A stretch of DNA of 64,000 nt from Auanema rhodensis (Eukaryota > Animalia > Nematoda), in contig OZ059894.1 in the NCBI GenBank assembly GCA_964057225.1, positions 744,001 through 808,000 on the forward strand. Direction: 5' to 3'. The position numbers and the translations under genes are program-made. Shown piece by piece: positions 40,988 through 55,771 of this stretch; position 1 is the stretch's first letter, and every line of letters starts with the position of its first letter. Under the pieces are notes generated by a model that searched no databases, was not told the origin of the DNA, and saw nothing but the letters and a program-made list of their open reading frames with translations.

Positions 40988-43803
40988 CATGGTTACCATG
41001 AACCAATATCAATAAAAATTTGTTTTTAGACTAATATGGACATGGGGAATCTAATTGTGAAAACCGCATCTCTTTATCTTTCACGTGAAGCGAGTTACAT
41101 ACCAAGTGCACATCACGTGTACATTTAATTAGCATAAATTAAAGTTCACGTAAATTTCAAAGTCATGGTTACCATGCACCAATATCAATAAAAATTTGTT
41201 TTTAGACTAATATGGACATGGGGAATCTAATTTTGAAAATCGCATCTCTTTATCTTTCACGTGAAGCGAGTTACATACCAAGTGCACGTCACGTGTACAT
41301 TTAATTAGCATAAATTAAAGTTCACGTAAATTTCAAAGTCATGGTTACCATGCACCAATATCAATAAAAATTTGTTTTTAGATTAATATGGACATGGGGA
41401 ATCTAATTTTGAAAACCGCATCTCTTTATCTCTCACGTGAAGCGAGTTACATACCAAGTGCACATCACGTGTACATTTAATTAGCATAAATTAAAGTTCA
41501 CGTAAATTTATGCGTCATGGTTACCATGCACCAATATCAATAAAAATTTGTTTTTAGACTAATATGGTCATGGGGAATCTAATTTTGAAAACCGCATCTC
41601 TTTATCTTTCACGTGAAGCGAGTTACATACCAAGTGCACATCACGTGTACGTTTAATTAGCATAAATTAAAGTTCACGTAAATTTCAAAGTCATGGTTAC
41701 CATGAACCAATATCAATAAAAATTTGTTTTTAGACTAATATGGACATGGGGAATCTAATTTTGAAAACCGCATCTCTTTATCTCTCACGTGAAGCGAGTT
41801 ACATACCAAGTGCACATCACGTGTACATTTAATTAGCATAAATTAAAGTTCACGTAAATTTCAAAGTCATGGTTACCATGCACCAATATCAATAAAAATT
41901 TGTTTTTAGACTAATATGGAGATGGGGAATCTAATTTTGAAAACCGCATCTCTTTATCTTTCACGTGAAGCGAGTTACATACCAAGTGCACATCACGTGT
42001 ACATTTAATTAGCATAAATTAAAGTTCACGTAAATTTCAAAGTCATGGTTACCATGAACCAATATCAATAAAAATTTGTTTTTAGACTAATATGGACATG
42101 GGGAATCTAATTTTGAAAACCGCATCTCTTTATCTTTCACGTGAAGCGAGTTACATACCAAGTGCACATCACGTGTACGTTTAATTAGCATAAATTAAAG
42201 TTCACGTAAATTTCAAAGTCATGGTTACCATGAACCAATATCAATAAAAATTTGTTTTTAGACTAATATGGACATGGGGAATCTAATTTTGAAAACCGAA
42301 TCTCTTTATCTTTCACGTGAAGCGAGTTACATACCAAGTGCACATCACGTGTACATTTAATAAGAATAAATTAAAGTTCACGTAAATTTCAAAGTCATGG
42401 TTACCATGAACCAATATCAATAAAAATTTGTTTTTAGACTAATATGGACATGGGGAATCTAATTGTGAAAACCGCATCTCTTTATCTTTCACGTGAAGCG
42501 AGTTACATACCAAGTGCACATCACGTGTACATTTAATTAGCATAAATTAAAGTTCACGTAAATTTCAAAGTCATGGTTACCATGCACCAATATCAATAAA
42601 AATTTGTTTTTAGACTAATATGGACATGGGGAATCTAATTTTGAAAATCGCATCTCTTTATCTTTCACGTGAAGCGAGTTACATACCAAGTGCACGTCAC
42701 GTGTACATTTAATTAGCATAAATTAAAGTTCACGTAAATTTCAAAGTCATGGTTACCATGCACCAATATCAATAAAAATTTGTTTTTAGATTAATATGGA
42801 CATGGGGAATCTAATTTTGAAAACCGCATCTCTTTATCTCTCACGTGAAGCGAGTTACATACCAAGTGCACATCACGTGTACATTTAATTAGCATAAATT
42901 AAAGTTCACGTAAATTTATGCGTCATGGTTACCATGCACCAATATCAATAAAAATTTGTTTTTAGACTAATATGGTCATGGGGAATCTAATTTTGAAAAC
43001 CGCATCTCTTTATCTTTCACGTGAAGCGAGTTACATACCAAGTGCACATCACGTGTACGTTTAATTAGCATAAATTAAAGTTCACGTAAATTTCAAAGTC
43101 ATGGTTACCATGAACCAATATCAATAAAAATTTGTTTTTAGACTAATATGGACATGGGGAATCTAATTTTGAAAACCGCATCTCTTTATCTCTCACGTGA
43201 AGCGAGTTACATACCAAGTGCACATCACGTGTACATTTAATTAGCATAAATTAAAGTTCACGTAAATTTCAAAGTCATGGTTACCATGCACCAATATCAA
43301 TAAAAATTTGTTTTTAGACTAATATGGAGATGGGGAATCTAATTTTGAAAACCGCATCTCTTTATCTTTCACGTGAAGCGAGTTACATACCAAGTGCACA
43401 TCACGTGTACATTTAATTAGCATAAATTAAAGTTCACGTAAATTTCAAAGTCATGGTTACCATGAACCAATATCAATAAAAATTTGTTTTTAGACTAATA
43501 TGGACATGGGGAATCTAATTTTGAAAACCGCATCTCTTTATCTTTCACGTGAAGCGAGTTACATACCAAGTGCACATCACGTGTACGTTTAATTAGCATA
43601 AATTAAAGTTCACGTAAATTTCAAAGTCATGGTTACCATGAACCAATATCAATAAAAATTTGTTTTTAGACTAATATGGACATGGGGAATCTAATTTTGA
43701 AAACCGAATCTCTTTATCTTTCACGTGAAGCGAGTTACATACCAAGTGCACATCACGTGTACATTTAATTAGCATAAATTAAAGTTCACGTAAATTTCAA
43801 AGT
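40988..43803 (+). repeat. Tandem 8-mer duplication (2 x 1408 bp)
   Basis: TTGTGA; AATCGC/CACGTC; GATTAAT/ATGC; GGTCAT; TCTCTC; GAGATG; TACGTT; CCGAAT occur in the same order from 40988 and from 42396. Confidence 0.9.
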
Positions 43804-46800
43804 CATGGTTACCATGCACCAATATCAATAAAAATTTGTTTTTAGACTAATATGGAGATGGGGAATCTAATTTTGAAAACCGCATCTCTTTATCTTTCAC
43901 GTGAAGCGAGTTACATACCAAGTGCACATCACGTGTACATTTAATTAGCATAAATTAAAGTTCACGTAAATTTCAAAGTCATGGTTACCATGAACCAATA
44001 TCAATAAAAATTTGTTTTTAGACTAATATGGACATGGGGAATCTAATTTTGAAAACCGCATCTCTTTATCTTTCACGTGAAGCGAGTTACATACCAAGTG
44101 CACATCACGTGTACATTTAATTAGCATAAATTAAAGTTCACGTAAATTTCAAAGTCTTGGTTACCATGCACCAATATCAATAAAAATTTGTTTTTAGACT
44201 AATATGGACATGGGGAATCTAATTTTGAAAACCGCATCTCTTTATCTTTCACGTGAAGCGAGTTACATACCAAGTGCACATCACGTGTACATTTAATAAG
44301 AATAAATTAAAGTTCACGTAAATTTCAAAGTCATGGTTACCATGCACCAATATCAATAAAAATTTGTTTTTAGACTAATATGGACATGGGGAATCTAATT
44401 GTGAAAACCGCATCTCTTTATCTTTCACGTGAAGCGAGTTACATACCAAGTGCACATCACGTGTACATTTAATTAGCATAAATTAAAGTTCACGTAAATT
44501 TCAAAGTCATGGTTACCATGAACCAATATCAATAAAAATTTGTTTTTAGACTAATATGGACATGGGGAATCTAATTTTGAAAACTGCATCTCTTTATCTT
44601 TCACGTGAAGCGAGTTACATACCAAGTGCACATCACGTGTACATTCAATTAGCATAAATTAAAGTTCACGTAAATTTCAAAGTCATGGTTACCATGCACC
44701 AATATCAATAAAAATTTGTTTTTAGACTAATATGGACATGGGGAATCTAATTTTGAAAACCGCATCTCTTTATCTTTCACGTGAAGCGAGTTACATACCA
44801 AGTGCACATCACGTGTACATTTAATAAGAATAAATTAAAGTTCACGTAAATTTCAAAGTCATGGTTACCATGAACCAATATCAATAAAAATTTGTTTTTA
44901 GACTAATATGGACATGGGGAATCTAATTGTGAAAACCGCATCTCTTTATCTTTCACGTGAAGCGAGTTACATACCAAGTGCACATCACGTGTACATTTAA
45001 TTAGCATAAATTAAAGTTCACGTAAATTTCAAAGTCATGGTTACCATGCACCAATATCAATAAAAATTTGTTTTTAGACTAATATGGACATGGGGAATCT
45101 AATTTTGAAAACCGCATCTCTTTATCTTTCACGTGAAGCGAGTTACATACCAAGTGCACATCACGTGTACATTTAATTAGCATAAATTAAAGTTCACGTA
45201 AATTTCAAAGTCATGGTTACCATGAACCAATATCAATAAAAATTTGTTTTTAGACTAATATGGACATGGGGAATCTAATTTTGAAAACCGCATCTCTTTA
45301 TCTTTCACGTGAAGCGAGTTACATACCAAGTGCACATCACGTGTACATTTAATTAGCATAAATTAAAGTTCACGTAAATTTCAAAGTCTTGGTTACCATG
45401 CACCAATATCAATAAAAATTTGTTTTTAGACTAATATGGACATGGGGAATCTAATTTTGAAAACCGAATCTCTTTATCTTTCACGTGAAGCGAGTTACAT
45501 ACCAAGTGCACATCACGTGTACATTTAATTAGCATAAATTAAAGTTCACGTAAATTTATGCGTCATGGTTACCATGCACCAATATCAATAAAAATTTGTT
45601 TTTAGACTAATATGGTCATGGGGAATCTAATTTTGAAAACCGCATCTCTTTATCTTTCACGTGAAGCGAGTTACATACCAAGTGCACATCACGTGTACGT
45701 TTAATTAGCATAAATTAAAGTTCACGTAAATTTCAAAGTCATGGTTACCATGAACCAATATCAATAAAAATTTGTTTTTAGACTAATATGGACATGGGGA
45801 ATCTAATTTTGAAAACCGCATCTCTTTATCTCTCACGTGAAGCGAGTTACATACCAAGTGCACATCACGTGTACATTTAATTAGCATAAATTAAAGTTCA
45901 CGTAAATTTCAAAGTCATGGTTACCATGCACCAATATCAATAAAAATTTGTTTTTAGACTAATATGGAGATGGGGAATCTAATTTTGAAAACCGCATCTC
46001 TTTATCTTTCACGTGAAGCGAGTTACATACCAAGTGCACATCACGTGTACATTTAATTAGCATAAATTAAAGTTCACGTAAATTTCAAAGTCATGGTTAC
46101 CATGAACCAATATCAATAAAAATTTGTTTTTAGACTAATATGGACATGGGGAATCTAATTTTGAAAACCGCATCTCTTTATCTTTCACGTGAAGCGAGTT
46201 ACATACCAAGTGCACATCACGTGTACATTTAATTAGCATAAATTAAAGTTCACGTAAATTTCAAAGTCTTGGTTACCATGCACCAATATCAATAAAAATT
46301 TGTTTTTAGACTAATATGGAGATGGGGAATCTAATTTTGAAAACCGCATCTCTTTATCTTTCACGTGAAGCGAGTTACATACCAAGTGCACATCACGTGT
46401 ACATTTAATTAGCATAAATTAAAGTTCACGTAAATTTCAAAGTCTTGGTTACCATGCACCAATATCAATAAAAATTTGTTTTTAGACTAATATGGAGATG
46501 GGGAATCTAATTTTGAAAACCGCATCTCTTTATCTTTCACGTGAAGCGAGTTACATACCAAGTGCACATCACGTGTACATTTAATTAGCATAAATTAAAG
46601 TTCACGTAAATTTCAAAGTCTTGGTTACCATGCACCAATATCAATAAAAATTTGTTTTTAGACTAATATGGACATGGGGAATCTAATTTTGAAAACCGCA
46701 TCTCTTTATCTTTCACGTGAAGCGAGTTACATACCAAGTGCACATCACGTGTACATTTAATTAGCATAAATTAAAGTTCACGTAAATTTCAAAGTCTTGG

Positions 46801-46971
46801 TTACCATGCACCAATATCAATAAAAATTTGTTTTTAGACTAATATGGACATGGGGAATCTAATTTTGAAAACCGAATCTCTTTATCTTTCACGTGAAGCG
46901 AGTTACATACCAAGTGCACATCACGTGTACATTTAATTAGCATAAATTAAAGTTCACGTAAATTTATGCGT

Positions 46972-49900
46972 CATGGTTACCATGCACCAATATCAATAAA
47001 AATTTGTTTTTAGACTAATATGGTCATGGGGAATCTAATTTTGAAAACCGCATCTCTTTATCTTTCACGTGAAGCGAGTTACATACCAAGTGCACATCAC
47101 GTGTACGTTTAATTAGCATAAATTAAAGTTCACGTAAATTTCAAAGTCATGGTTACCATGAACCAATATCAATAAAAATTTGTTTTTAGACTAATATGGA
47201 CATGGGGAATCTAATTTTGAAAACCGCATCTCTTTATCTCTCACGTGAAGCGAGTTACATACCAAGTGCACATCACGTGTACATTTAATTAGCATAAATT
47301 AAAGTTCACGTAAATTTCAAAGTCATGGTTACCATGCACCAATATCAATAAAAATTTGTTTTTAGACTAATATGGAGATGGGGAATCTAATTTTGAAAAC
47401 CGCATCTCTTTATCTTTCACGTGAAGCGAGTTACATACCAAGTGCACATCACGTGTACATTTAATTAGCATAAATTAAAGTTCACGTAAATTTCAAAGTC
47501 ATGGTTACCATGAACCAATATCAATAAAAATTTGTTTTTAGACTAATATGGACATGGGGAATCTAATTTTGAAAACCGCATCTCTTTATCTTTCACGTGA
47601 AGCGAGTTACATACCAAGTGCACATCACGTGTACGTTTAATTAGCATAAATTAAAGTTCACGTAAATTTCAAAGTCATGGTTACCATGAACCAATATCAA
47701 TAAAAATTTGTTTTTAGACTAATATGGACATGGGGAATCTAATTTTGAAAACCGAATCTCTTTATCTTTCACGTGAAGCGAGTTACATACCAAGTGCACA
47801 TCACGTGTACATTTAATTAGCATAAATTAAAGTTCACGTAAATTTCAAAGTCATGGTTACCATGCACCAATATCAATAAAAATTTGTTTTTAGACTAATA
47901 TGGAGATGGGGAATCTAATTTTGAAAACCGCATCTCTTTATCTTTCACGTGAAGCGAGTTACATACCAAGTGCACATCACGTGTACATTTAATTAGCATA
48001 AATTAAAGTTCACGTAAATTTCAAAGTCATGGTTACCATGAACCAATATCAATAAAAATTTGTTTTTAGACTAATATGGACATGGGGAATCTAATTTTGA
48101 AAACCGCATCTCTTTATCTTTCACGTGAAGCGAGTTACATACCAAGTGCACATCACGTGTACATTTAATTAGCATAAATTAAAGTTCACGTAAATTTCAA
48201 AGTCTTGGTTACCATGCACCAATATCAATAAAAATTTGTTTTTAGACTAATATGGACATGGGGAATCTAATTTTGAAAACCGCATCTCTTTATCTTTCAC
48301 GTGAAGCGAGTTACATACCAAGTGCACATCACGTGTACATTTAATAAGAATAAATTAAAGTTCACGTAAATTTCAAAGTCATGGTTACCATGCACCAATA
48401 TCAATAAAAATTTGTTTTTAGACTAATATGGACATGGGGAATCTAATTGTGAAAACCGCATCTCTTTATCTTTCACGTGAAGCGAGTTACATACCAAGTG
48501 CACATCACGTGTACATTTAATTAGCATAAATTAAAGTTCACGTAAATTTCAAAGTCATGGTTACCATGAACCAATATCAATAAAAATTTGTTTTTAGACT
48601 AATATGGACATGGGGAATCTAATTTTGAAAACTGCATCTCTTTATCTTTCACGTGAAGCGAGTTACATACCAAGTGCACATCACGTGTACATTCAATTAG
48701 CATAAATTAAAGTTCACGTAAATTTCAAAGTCATGGTTACCATGCACCAATATCAATAAAAATTTGTTTTTAGACTAATATGGACATGGGGAATCTAATT
48801 TTGAAAACCGCATCTCTTTATCTTTCACGTGAAGCGAGTTACATACCAAGTGCACATCACGTGTACATTTAATAAGAATAAATTAAAGTTCACGTAAATT
48901 TCAAAGTCATGGTTACCATGAACCAATATCAATAAAAATTTGTTTTTAGACTAATATGGACATGGGGAATCTAATTGTGAAAACCGCATCTCTTTATCTT
49001 TCACGTGAAGCGAGTTACATACCAAGTGCACATCACGTGTACATTTAATTAGCATAAATTAAAGTTCACGTAAATTTCAAAGTCATGGTTACCATGCACC
49101 AATATCAATAAAAATTTGTTTTTAGACTAATATGGACATGGGGAATCTAATTTTGAAAACCGCATCTCTTTATCTTTCACGTGAAGCGAGTTACATACCA
49201 AGTGCACATCACGTGTACATTTAATTAGCATAAATTAAAGTTCACGTAAATTTCAAAGTCATGGTTACCATGAACCAATATCAATAAAAATTTGTTTTTA
49301 GACTAATATGGACATGGGGAATCTAATTTTGAAAACCGCATCTCTTTATCTTTCACGTGAAGCGAGTTACATACCAAGTGCACATCACGTGTACATTTAA
49401 TTAGCATAAATTAAAGTTCACGTAAATTTCAAAGTCTTGGTTACCATGCACCAATATCAATAAAAATTTGTTTTTAGACTAATATGGACATGGGGAATCT
49501 AATTTTGAAAACCGCATCTCTTTATCTTTCACGTGAAGCGAGTTACATACCAAGTGCACATCACGTGTACATTTAATAAGAATAAATTAAAGTTCACGTA
49601 AATTTCAAAGTCATGGTTACCATGCACCAATATCAATAAAAATTTGTTTTTAGACTAATATGGACATGGGGAATCTAATTGTGAAAACCGCATCTCTTTA
49701 TCTTTCACGTGAAGCGAGTTACATACCAAGTGCACATCACGTGTACATTTAATTAGCATAAATTAAAGTTCACGTAAATTTCAAAGTCATGGTTACCATG
49801 AACCAATATCAATAAAAATTTGTTTTTAGACTAATATGGACATGGGGAATCTAATTTTGAAAACTGCATCTCTTTATCTTTCACGTGAAGCGAGTTACAT

Positions 49901-52900
49901 ACCAAGTGCACATCACGTGTACATTCAATTAGCATAAATTAAAGTTCACGTAAATTTCAAAGTCATGGTTACCATGCACCAATATCAATAAAAATTTGTT
50001 TTTAGACTAATATGGACATGGGGAATCTAATTTTGAAAACCGCATCTCTTTATCTTTCACGTGAAGCGAGTTACATACCAAGTGCACATCACGTGTACAT
50101 TTAATTAGCATAAATTAAAGTTCACGTAAATTTCAAAGTCTTGGTTACCATGCACCAATATCAATAAAAATTTGTTTTTAAACTAATATGGACATGGGGA
50201 ATCTAATTTTGAAAACCGCATCTCTTTATCTTTCACGTGAAGCGAGTTACATACCAAGTGCACATCACGTGTACATTTAATAAGAATAAATTAAAGTTCA
50301 CGTAAATTTCAAAGTCATGGTTACCATGAACCAATATCAATAAAAATTTGTTTTTAGACTAATATGGACATAGGGAATCTAATTGTGAAAACCGCATCTC
50401 TTTATCTTTCACGTGAAGCGAGTTACATACCAAGTGCACATCACGTGTACATTTAATTAGCATAAATTAAAGTTCACGTAAATTTCAAAGTCATGGTTAC
50501 CATGCACCAATATCAATAAAAATTTGTTTTTAGACTAATATGGACATCGGGAATCTAATTTTGAAAACCGCATCTCTTTATCTTTCACGTGAAGCGAGTT
50601 ACATACCAAGTGCACATCACGTGTACATTTAATTAGCATAAATTAAAGTTCACGTAAATTTCAAAGTCTTGGTTACCATGCACCAATATCAATAAAAATT
50701 TATTTTTAGACTAATATGGACATGGGGAATCTAATTTTGAAAACCGCATCTCTTTATCTTTCACATGAAGCGAGTTACATACCAAGTGCACATCACGTGT
50801 ACATTTAATAAGAATAAATTAAAGTTCACGTAAATTTATGCGTCATGGTTACCATGCACCAATATCAATAAAAATTTATTTTTAGACTAATATGGACATC
50901 GGGAATCTAATTTTGAAAACCGCATCTCTTTATCTTTCACATGAAGCGAGTTACATACCAAGTGCAAATCACGTGTACATTTAATTAGCATAAATTAAAG
51001 TTCACGTAAATTTCAAAGTCTTGGTTACCATGCACCAATATCAATAAAAATTTATTTTTAGACTAATATGGACATGGGGAATCTAATTTTGAAAACCGCA
51101 TCTCTTTATCTTTCACATGAAGCGAGTTACATACCAAGTGCACATCACGTGTACATTTAATAAGAATAAATTAAAGTTCACGTAAATTTCAAAGTCATGG
51201 TTACCATGAACCAATATCAATAAAAATTTGTTTTTAGACTAATATGGACATGGGGAATCTAATTGTGAAAACCGCATCTCTTTATCTTTCACGTGAAGCG
51301 AGTTACATACCAAGTGCACATCACGTGTACATTTAATTAGCATAAATTAAAGTTCACGTAAATTTCAAAGTCATGGTTACCATGCACCAATATCAATAAA
51401 AATTTGTTTTTAGACTAATATGGACATGGGGAATCTAATTTTGAAAATCGCATCTCTTTATCTTTCACGTGAAGCGAGTTACATACCAAGTGCACGTCAC
51501 GTGTACATTTAATTAGCATAAATTAAAGTTCACGTAAATTTCAAAGTCATGGTTACCATGCACCAATATCAATAAAAATTTGTTTTTAGATTAATATGGA
51601 CATGGGGAATCTAATTTTGAAAACCGCATCTCTTTATCTCTCACGTGAAGCGAGTTACATACCAAGTGCACATCACGTGTACATTTAATTAGCATAAATT
51701 AAAGTTCACGTAAATTTCAAAGTCATGGTTACCATGCACCAATATCAATAAAAATTTGTTTTTAGACTAATATGGACATGGGGAATCTAATTTTGAAAAT
51801 CGCATCTCTTTATCTTTCACGTGAAGCGAGTTACATACCAAGTGCACGTCACGTGTACATTTAATTAGCATAAATTAAAGTTCACGTAAATTTCAAAGTC
51901 ATGGTTACCATGCACCAATATCAATAAAAATTTGTTTTTAGATTAATATGGACATGGGGAATCTAATTTTGAAAACCGCATCTCTTTATCTCTCACGTGA
52001 AGCGAGTTACATACCAAGTGCACATCACGTGTACATTTAATTAGCATAAATTAAAGTTCACGTAAATTTATGCGTCATGGTTACCATGCACCAATATCAA
52101 TAAAAATTTGTTTTTAGACTAATATGGTCATGGGAAATCTAATTTTGAAAACCGCATCTCTTTATCTTTCACGTGAAGCGAGTTACATACCAAGTGCACA
52201 TCACGTGTACGTTTAATTAGCATAAATTAAAGTTCACGTAAATTTCAAAGTCATGGTTACCATGAACCAATATCAATAAAAATTTGTTTTTAGACTAATA
52301 TGGACATGGGGAATCTAATTTTGAAAACCGCATCTCTTTATCTCTCACGTGAAGCGAGTTACATACCAAGTGCACATCACGTGTACATTTAATTAGCATA
52401 AATTAAAGTTCACGTAAATTTCAAAGTCATGGTTACCATGCACCAATATCAACAAAAATTTGTTTTTAGACTAATATGGAGATGGGGAATCTAATTTTGA
52501 AAACCGCATCTCTTTATCTTTCACGTGAAGCGAGTTACATACCAAGTGCACATCACGTGTACATTTAATTAGCATAAATTAAAGTTCACGTAAATTTCAA
52601 AGTCATGGTTACCATGAACCAATATCAATAAAAATTTGTTTTTAGACTAATATGGACATGGGGAATCTAATTTTGAAAACCGCATCTCTTTATCTTTCAC
52701 GTGAAGCGAGTTACATACCAAGTGCACATCACGTGTACGTTTAATTAGCATAAATTAAAGTTCACGTAAATTTCAAAGTCATGGTTACCATGAACCAATA
52801 TCAATAAAAATTTGTTTTTAGACTAATATGGACATGGGGAATCTAATTTTGAAAACCGAATCTCTTTATCTTTCACGTGAAGCGAGTTACATACCAAGTG

Positions 52901-55771
52901 CACATCACGTGTACATTTAATTAGCATAAATTAAAGTTCACGTAAATTTCAAAGTCATGGTTACCATGCACCAATATCAATAAAAATTTGTTTTTAGACT
53001 AATATGGAGATGGGGAATCTAATTTTGAAAACCGCATCTCTTTATCTTTCACGTGAAGCGAGTTACATACCAAGTGCACATCACGTGTACATTTAATTAG
53101 CATAAATTAAAGTTCACGTAAATTTCAAAGTCATGGTTACCATGAACCAATATCAATAAAAATTTGTTTTTAGACTAATATGGACATGGGGAATCTAATT
53201 TTGAAAACCGCATCTCTTTATCTTTCACGTGAAGCGAGTTACATACCAAGTGCACATCACGTGTACATTTAATTAGCATAAATTAAAGTTCACGTAAATT
53301 TCAAAGTCTTGGTTACCATGCACCAATATCAATAAAAATTTGTTTTTAGACTAATATGGACATGGGGAATCTAATTTTGAAAACCGCATCTCTTTATCTT
53401 TCACGTGAAGCGAGTTACATACCAAGTGCACATCACGTGTACATTTAATAAGAATAAATTAAAGTTCACGTAAATTTCAAAGTCATGGTTACCATGCACC
53501 AATATCAATAAAAATTTGTTTTTAGACTAATATGGACATGGGGAATCTAATTGTGAAAACCGCATCTCTTTATCTTTCACGTGAAGCGAGTTACATACCA
53601 AGTGCACATCACGTGTACATTTAATTAGCATAAATTAAAGTTCACGTAAATTTCAAAGTCATGGTTACCATGAACCAATATCAATAAAAATTTGTTTTTA
53701 GACTAATATGGACATGGGGAATCTAATTTTGAAAACTGCATCTCTTTATCTTTCACGTGAAGCGAGTTACATACCAAGTGCACATCACGTGTACATTCAA
53801 TTAGCATAAATTAAAGTTCACGTAAATTTCAAAGTCATGGTTACCATGCACCAATATCAATAAAAATTTGTTTTTAGACTAATATGGACATGGGGAATCT
53901 AATTTTGAAAACCGCATCTCTTTATCTTTCACGTGAAGCGAGTTACATACCAAGTGCACATCACGTGTACATTTAATAAGAATAAATTAAAGTTCACGTA
54001 AATTTCAAAGTCATGGTTACCATGAACCAATATCAATAAAAATTTGTTTTTAGACTAATATGGACATGGGGAATCTAATTGTAAAAACCGCATCTCTTTA
54101 TCTTTCACGTGAAGCGAGTTACATACCAAGTGCACATCACGTGTACATTTAATTAGCATAAATTAAAGTTCACGTAAATTTCAAAGTCATGGTTACCATG
54201 CACCAATATCAATAAAAATTTGTTTTTAGACTAATATGGACATGGGGAATCTAATTTTGAAAACCGCATCTCTTTATCTTTCACGTGAAGCGAGTTACAT
54301 ACCAAGTGCACATCACGTGTACATTTAATTAGCATAAATTAAAGTTCACGTAAATTTCAAAGTCATGGTTACCATGAACCAATATCAATAAAAATTTGTT
54401 TTTAGACTAATATGGACATGGGGAATCTAATTTTGAAAACCGCATCTCTTTATCTTTCACGTGAAGCGAGTTACATACCAAGTGCACATCACGTGTACAT
54501 TTAATTAGCATAAATTAAAGTTCACGTAAATTTCAAAGTCTTGGTTACCATGCACCAATATCAATAAAAATTTGTTTTTAGACTAATATGGACATGGGGA
54601 ATCTAATTTTGAAAACCGCATCTCTTTATCTTTCACGTGAAGCGAGTTACATACCAAGTGCACATCACGTGTACATTTAATAAGAATAAATTAAAGTTCA
54701 CGTAAATTTCAAAGTCATGGTTACCATGCACCAATATCAATAAAAATTTGTTTTTAGACTAATATGGACATGGGGAATCTAATTGTGAAAACCGCATCTC
54801 TTTATCTTTCACGTGAAGCGAGTTACATACCAAGTGCACATCACGTGTACATTTAATTAGCATAAATTAAAGTTCACGTAAATTTCAAAGTCATGGTTAC
54901 CATGAACCAATATCAATAAAAATTTGTTTTTAGACTAATATGGACATGGGGAATCTAATTTTGAAAACTGCATCTCTTTATCTTTCACGTGAAGCGAGTT
55001 ACATACCAAGTGCACATCACGTGTACATTCAATTAGCATAAATTAAAGTTCACGTAAATTTCAAAGTCATGGTTACCATGCACCAATATCAATAAAAATT
55101 TGTTTTTAGACTAATATGGACATGGGGAATCTAATTTTGAAAACCGCATCTCTTTATCTTTCACGTGAAGCGAGTTACATACCAAGTGCACATCACGTGT
55201 ACATTTAATTAGCATAAATTAAAGTTCACGTAAATTTCAAAGTCTTGGTTACCATGCACCAATATCAATAAAAATTTGTTTTTAAACTAATATGGACATG
55301 GGGAATCTAATTTTGAAAACCGCATCTCTTTATCTTTCACGTGAAGCGAGTTACATACCAAGTGCACATCACGTGTACATTTAATAAGAATAAATTAAAG
55401 TTCACGTAAATTTCAAAGTCATGGTTACCATGAACCAATATCAATAAAAATTTGTTTTTAGACTAATATGGACATAGGGAATCTAATTGTGAAAACCGCA
55501 TCTCTTTATCTTTCACGTGAAGCGAGTTACATACCAAGTGCACATCACGTGTACATTTAATTAGCATAAATTAAAGTTCACGTAAATTTCAAAGTCATGG
55601 TTACCATGCACCAATATCAATAAAAATTTGTTTTTAGACTAATATGGACATCGGGAATCTAATTTTGAAAACCGCATCTCTTTATCTTTCACGTGAAGCG
55701 AGTTACATACCAAGTGCACATCACGTGTACATTTAATTAGCATAAATTAAAGTTCACGTAAATTTCAAAGT
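46972..55771 (+). repeat. 21-monomer block 46972-50667 repeated at 52076-55771 (offset 5104 bp)
   Basis: All markers are colinear, including the rare CATAGGG and CATCGGG. Three differences were noticed. The first 14 monomers also match 42924-45387. Confidence 0.88.
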
